Shown: positions 59,517-64,000 of the stretch, in pieces
How positions within the stretch are numbered: position 1 is the first letter of the stretch
Layout: each line of letters opens with the position of its first letter
NCBI GenBank assembly: GCA_044440125.1
Contig: JBITAJ010000004.1
Location: 128,001-192,000, forward strand
Source of the DNA: Sedimentisphaeraceae bacterium JB056
GTDB lineage: Bacteria; Planctomycetota; Phycisphaerae; Sedimentisphaerales; Sedimentisphaeraceae
Direction: 5' to 3'
DNA length: 64,000 nt
Translations under genes and position numbers: made by a program
The notes under the pieces: model-generated
The model's input: only the letters and a program-made list of their open reading frames with translations
Database searches by the model: none
Told to the model about the DNA's origin: nothing

Positions 59517-60191
59517 TTAGTCCACCTGACTTTGTCTGCTTCTTTCTTTCTTATCAGCGAAAACATCATTATGTACCGGTGTTATATTATGTTCCACACA
59601 GAGTCTAAACCATTCTTTACTCAACCCGCTAATGGTATCATGAAAACAATAGAGATCTTTGTAATCATCACATTGCAGTTCGTTTATATGCCTAAGCTTA
59701 GCAACTATATTATGGGCTCCCCTATAAGTACGCAACTCCTTTGAAACATGCTTAGGTATTAAAATGACAGGTTTAGTAGTTATCAGAGTTAATTTCCCAT
59801 CTATAAAAGAATCAAAAAACTCATTATGACTCAGGGCAAGAGGACAAGCAATAACCGCTTTTTGGTAACTCATATCCATTAAGAGCCCAACAAACTTTTC
59901 TTTCAATTTCTCAAGAGATAATATAAAACGGCTTGGATCATCCTTTACCATAAGATGACTATCATAACCTGATTTTCGAATATCAAAATTTATTTGCTCT
60001 AAAAAATTCTTTATCGTACCTTGAGTATTCTTAAATGACACAGTAATTTCATCACTATCACTTATCTTTAAGTCAAAAAATAATGATCTTTGTTTTATAT
60101 CTGCAGACTCAGTGTCAAACTTAATGTCATCAGGTTTTACGCAAAGAAAAATTGGATGTATATTTGTTTTCATATTATCACACATTTTCAT
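59517..60191 (-). CDS. Hypothetical protein (middle gene of the KAP/TPR operon)
   Basis: ATG 60191 lies 1 nt after the KAP stop; its stop lies 2 nt before the TPR start; no recognisable motif. Confidence 0.7.
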   Translation of the reverse strand: MKMCDNMKTNIHPIFLCVKPDDIKFDTESADIKQRSLFFDLKISDSDEITVSFKNTQGTIKNFLEQINFDIRKSGYDSHLMVKDDPSRFILSLEKLKEKFVGLLMDMSYQKAVIACPLALSHNEFFDSFIDGKLTLITTKPVILIPKHVSKELRTYRGAHNIVAKLRHINELQCDDYKDLYCFHDTISGLSKEWFRLCVEHNITPVHNDVFADKKERSRQSQVD

Positions 60192-60192
60192 A

Positions 60193-61455
60193 CTATAAAA
60201 GATTGGCAGCCAAAATATCACTTACTCTAATTTCACTATTAAATATATCAACAAGACTATTCAGTCTTATACTACTATCAAGAAATCTAAATTGGGATCT
60301 ATCCGCCAAAACCATACCCATTGTAAGATGTCCATCTTTATTGTCTTCAATTGCTCTTCTTACCTCTAAAGACAATTCCTCATAGAAATCGTTCCACATT
60401 TCTCTTAGAAATAAAAAAGGCAAAACATCTATATATTGATGATTACTTTGGTTTGTATGGCAAAATACATAATAATTATTAACGATATTCAAAATTGCTC
60501 TAATACTCTTGTTCCCGGATATGTTAGCCATTTTGATAATAAGCTTGCAAATATCACTTGTATTTTCTTTTTTAATAACGCCAGCAAAGAGCTCATTGAC
60601 ATATTCTTGAAGATATCTACTTAATTTATCTTCCTGTTTTGCGGGCAATTCTAAAGTTAAATTGAATATTTTCCTAAAATAGTTGATGGCAAAATTAGAG
60701 CCTAATCCTTTATATCTCTCAACGATAAACTGTTTTGCTACACCGGTATCAATACCGGATATGATTATTACATTAGCAGCCTTACCCGTTTTTTCATTTT
60801 TCGCCACAAACTGATTTTTTAATGCTTCCAGTAGCTTAAGTGCATTTTCTGGCAGACATCGATCAAGATCATCAAGAATAATGATTAATGGTTTTCCTTT
60901 ATTCTTGTCAAAAATCAGATGAGTGAGCTTTATGAAATCATTTTTCGTTGCCTCTACAACATCATCGTATGTCTCATATTGACCTTTTCTAAGTGCAGAT
61001 CTTACGTCCTCCGTAATATCTTTCACCCCCTTATAATCTATTCCTGCCACCTTTTTCCCTAACGTACTTACACCTGATGTAAGCAGAGATAACCCCAACA
61101 CACCCATCTCTTTTATCGCTATCTTAAACTTAGTCTGACATGAGGTGGCTATTCGCTTCTGCAAGGCCATTACAACATCACCAGAATTATCGTACTCCCA
61201 CGGGTTAAACCAGATTACCGGGTATTCGTCCACTGCAAGTTTATTTTCAATGGCTTTAAGAGCTGTCGTCTTTCCAGTACCCCACCCACCATTAAGGGCT
61301 ATTGAATATGGAGGCTCTATATTATTCTCTATCAAATTGACTATTTTAGTAATAGAGCCATTTTCCCCATCATAAAAGAAATCGGCCAAACTGTCATTAA
61401 TCAAAGGGTCAAGTGCAATTAACTTACCATTTGATTGACTTTTCAAACTATCCAC
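60193..61455 (-). CDS. KAP family P-loop NTPase
   Basis: SIALNGGWGTGKTT (Walker A), WFNPWEY, LIIILDDLDRC (Walker B), YFRKIFNLTLELP; GTG start with AGGAG RBS. Confidence 0.92.
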   Translation of the reverse strand: MDSLKSQSNGKLIALDPLINDSLADFFYDGENGSITKIVNLIENNIEPPYSIALNGGWGTGKTTALKAIENKLAVDEYPVIWFNPWEYDNSGDVVMALQKRIATSCQTKFKIAIKEMGVLGLSLLTSGVSTLGKKVAGIDYKGVKDITEDVRSALRKGQYETYDDVVEATKNDFIKLTHLIFDKNKGKPLIIILDDLDRCLPENALKLLEALKNQFVAKNEKTGKAANVIIISGIDTGVAKQFIVERYKGLGSNFAINYFRKIFNLTLELPAKQEDKLSRYLQEYVNELFAGVIKKENTSDICKLIIKMANISGNKSIRAILNIVNNYYVFCHTNQSNHQYIDVLPFLFLREMWNDFYEELSLEVRRAIEDNKDGHLTMGMVLADRSQFRFLDSSIRLNSLVDIFNSEIRVSDILAANLL

Positions 61456-61753
61456 AACAAAACTCCTTTTAAAACAAAACTTCTCAGTAATATGCTTGTA
61501 TGCAGATTAACCTACAATTACCTATAGAAAATAACTGAAATTTAATAATAATATATTCATAATTAAATTCAAGAACTTAAATCAAATTTATAAATATGAT
61601 AAATATTTTCAATTAGCACAAAACATTCATCATTTTCGTTATCTGTATCAAAAAAAGTATTCTTTTTTCTGATAGTTAGCAAATTCCGTATAATTAGTGC
61701 TTAAACTCTTCATCTCCAGCAACTTATGTCTTTTGCCAAGTACCCTGTGCATA

Positions 61754-61937
61754 CTCCAATAGCAACATAGTATCAAAACACCCCGTTTTCCCCAACTACC
61801 ATGAGACTTTTCCAGATTTCGCCCCATTTTTGAACAAAATTCATCAAAAAGTGAGCAAAAAGCGCGCGTTTGGTCGCATTTGAGACCAGTTTTGGTCAAA
61901 TTCAGGGCAAAAAAATTATACTATCTTGCTATTGGAG
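61754..61937. repeat. 184-bp segment bounded by a 20-bp inverted repeat (19/20 match)
   Basis: CTCCAATAGCAACATAGTAT (61754-61773) versus ATACTATCTTGCTATTGGAG (61918-61937). Confidence 0.8.
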
Positions 61938-62277
61938 ACAAACCAAGTGTCCAAGTTGCTTGCATTTTCGCACAAAATCACCCATTTAACTTGCCCGTAT
62001 CCAGAAAAAAGCAAAAAATCCTCACGGTTAGTTCAATGTGACTACAACTAACTCTAATTCAACAACTTATAAACGCAAATAAATAACCACCGCTTAACTG
62101 ATAAATAAACTTATGCCTATTAAAAGACACAAACGCGCAAGCTGGTTCAAAAGTGGAAAAAAATATTATTAAACATTTCTGTTTTTGTTATACTTTTAAT
62201 TTAGTGAAGGAAATGCCTTGCTGTTTTATATATCAAGGTATGAGAAATGTAACCAGAAATACAAGATGAGGTTTCAT

Positions 62278-64000
62278 ATGAATTTAACGAAGATATTTTC
62301 TATAATTGTATTGCTATCGGTTGTCTGCTTTGCCGAGCAGCTTATTGACAAGCAAAGCGTACTCAATGAAAGCCAAAGCGTTACAATCGAGACATACCCC
62401 AACGCCGATGAAGTGATCCTGCACGACTATACACAGGTAAGCTACAATCCTGACGGCACGGCAATCGAAGTCTCAGAAGGATACACGAAGATACTAACAG
62501 AAAAGGCAAAACGCTCTAACCAGACCGTAAGCTACAACTTCACAATACCTTACAACGAAATAGACGTCAGCCTCGTTGAAATAATCAAACCAGACGGCCA
62601 AAGCGTCACCATCGACGTTGAGAGCGAAGGCAAGGTAATGATCGACCGCTCGCAAATGAGCTCAAACATCTACAACCCAAACGACAAGATATTCCAGGTA
62701 TCGATATCCGGCATAGAAATAGGCGACATCCTCCACACATCGGTAACAACAAAGATAGTCAAGCCGCGAATGGTGGATTCATGGAGTGATTATCAGGTAT
62801 TCGAGTACACAAGCCCGATTAAAAATCTCGTATACGAAATAATCGCCCCAAAAGAAAAACCGCTCGAAAGCATCGCCTTGAAAGATAAGCAGGGAGATAC
62901 GGTAACATATACCTCTTCCGAAACAGATGATGCCATCATACACAAATGGACGGTAAAAGATATCGACATGATATACCCCGAACCTGATATGCCGGCGTTC
63001 TGGACAACCGTCCAGCGACTGCTTGTCAGCACCAACCCCGACTGGCCAAGCGTTTCAAGATGGTATTGGGAGCTCAGCAAACCTCACCTCGAAGCAAATG
63101 AAGAAATGAAAGCTAAATGCCGTGAGCTGATCAGCGGCATTGAAGATAAAGATGAGCAGATGCGTGCGATATTCAAATTCGTCTCGCAGGACATTCGCTA
63201 CCTCGGCATAACAGTGGAAAAAGAAGCTCCCGGCTATGAGCCTCACGATGCTTCAATGACATTCGCCAACCGCCACGGCGTATGCCGCGATAAAGCCGCC
63301 CTGCTGGTGGCAATGCTCAGAGCCTCAGGCTTCCAGGCTTATCCGGTACTGATATACAGCGGACCAAAGAAAGATGAGGAAGTACCGCAGCCGTATTTCA
63401 ACCACGCAATCAGTGCGGTTAAAGATGATGATGGCTCGTTCATACTCATGGATTCGACAGATGAAAGCACGCAGGAACTGCTTCCGGCATACCTCAACGA
63501 CTGCAGCTATCTTGTTGCCACACCAGAAGGCACGCAGCTTATGGTCTCACCGATAGAACCGGCAGAAGATAATATGATGGACATCGAAACAACCGCTGAG
63601 GTATCGATTGATGGGCGTTATAAAGCACAAAGCACACTTATCTTTGAAGGTATCAATGACAATGCTTATCGCGGATTTTTCCTGAGAAGCTCACCGGAAC
63701 AAAGAAGACAGTATTTCGAGGCTGTTGTCAAAAGGCTTCTGCCCGGTGCCAACCTCACTTCTTTCGAGCTTAAACCCGACAACCTTCAGGATACCGCTCA
63801 GACCATTACCGCCAACCTCAGCTATCAGGCTGATAATGTCATAATAGATGATGGTGAGATGGGTGCGGCATCCATATACAATATAGGAGCAAAAGTAGGC
63901 ATGGTTAATTTCGTGCTGGGAAAGACAGGTCTCGAAAAAAGACGCTTCCCACTGGAAACCGGCTTTGCCTGCGGAGTTAAGGAGCACTACAGCCTGAAAG
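62278..64000 (+). CDS. DUF3857 plus transglutaminase-like domain secreted protein, truncated by the window end
   Basis: Read by hand: MNLTKIFSIIVLLSVVCFA signal; YPNADEVIL...YNPDGT; DIRYLG; RHGVCRDKAALLVAMLR (Cys), FNHAI (His), MDST (Asp); absent from the ORF track because no stop falls in the window. Confidence 0.88.
   Translation, partial: MNLTKIFSIIVLLSVVCFAEQLIDKQSVLNESQSVTIETYPNADEVILHDYTQVSYNPDGTAIEVSEGYTKILTEKAKRSNQTVSYNFTIPYNEIDVSLVEIIKPDGQSVTIDVESEGKVMIDRSQMSSNIYNPNDKIFQVSISGIEIGDILHTSVTTKIVKPRMVDSWSDYQVFEYTSPIKNLVYEIIAPKEKPLESIALKDKQGDTVTYTSSETDDAIIHKWTVKDIDMIYPEPDMPAFWTTVQRLLVSTNPDWPSVSRWYWELSKPHLEANEEMKAKCRELISGIEDKDEQMRAIFKFVSQDIRYLGITVEKEAPGYEPHDASMTFANRHGVCRDKAALLVAMLRASGFQAYPVLIYSGPKKDEEVPQPYFNHAISAVKDDDGSFILMDSTDESTQELLPAYLNDCSYLVATPEGTQLMVSPIEPAEDNMMDIETTAEVSIDGRYKAQSTLIFEGINDNAYRGFFLRSSPEQRRQYFEAVVKRLLPGANLTSFELKPDNLQDTAQTITANLSYQADNVIIDDGEMGAASIYNIGAKVGMVNFVLGKTGLEKRRFPLETGFACGVKEHYSLK

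Noticed and set aside
61648..61899. 83-aa ORF in the KAP upstream region
   Set aside because: No motif or clear RBS, and it overlaps the inverted-repeat element; likely spurious.
61754..61937. Retron msr-msd ncRNA (a1/a2 inverted repeats)
   Set aside because: No reverse transcriptase (YADD) gene is adjacent; kept only as an unexplained IR element.
62027..62053. Integron attC site (GTTAGTT...AACTAAC)
   Set aside because: Boxes are in the wrong order for attC (should be RYYYAAC...GTTRRRY), the element is too short, and there is no integrase or cassette array.

Overview
A 64-kb bacterial chromosomal segment. Gene content (tandem clpP pair, XylR-type AraC regulators, PEP-CTERM proteins, dockerin-like/EF-hand 'D..DG.V...D...LA..WL' tails) suggests a planctomycete, probably Phycisphaerae/Sedimentisphaerales; this is inference, not a database result. 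The backbone is housekeeping (tatD, accBC, clpP x2, proS, ndk, rpe, rpoN, S41 protease, hisG, ABC-F) plus glycan-use genes (GH38 alpha-mannosidase, heparinase II/III-like protein). Several AT-rich accessory patches interrupt it: a higBA locus whose toxin appears frameshifted; a yefM-yoeB islet with two disrupted secreted-protein genes; a type II R-M pair; and a tightly coupled three-gene operon (54943-61455, minus strand). That operon encodes a KAP-family NTPase, an unknown ~224-aa protein and a 1523-aa TPR protein with an apparently degenerate STAND-like NTPase region. It is my best candidate for an undescribed anti-phage defence system, and a 184-bp segment bounded by a 19/20-bp inverted repeat lies upstream of it. 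Non-coding observations include a displaced, diverged copy of the 3' end of an SGNH hydrolase gene, heptamer-repeat elements and REP-like hairpins. A long DUF3857/transglutaminase gene missing from the ORF track runs off the right end. I found no rRNA, tRNA, CRISPR array, integrase or transposase.
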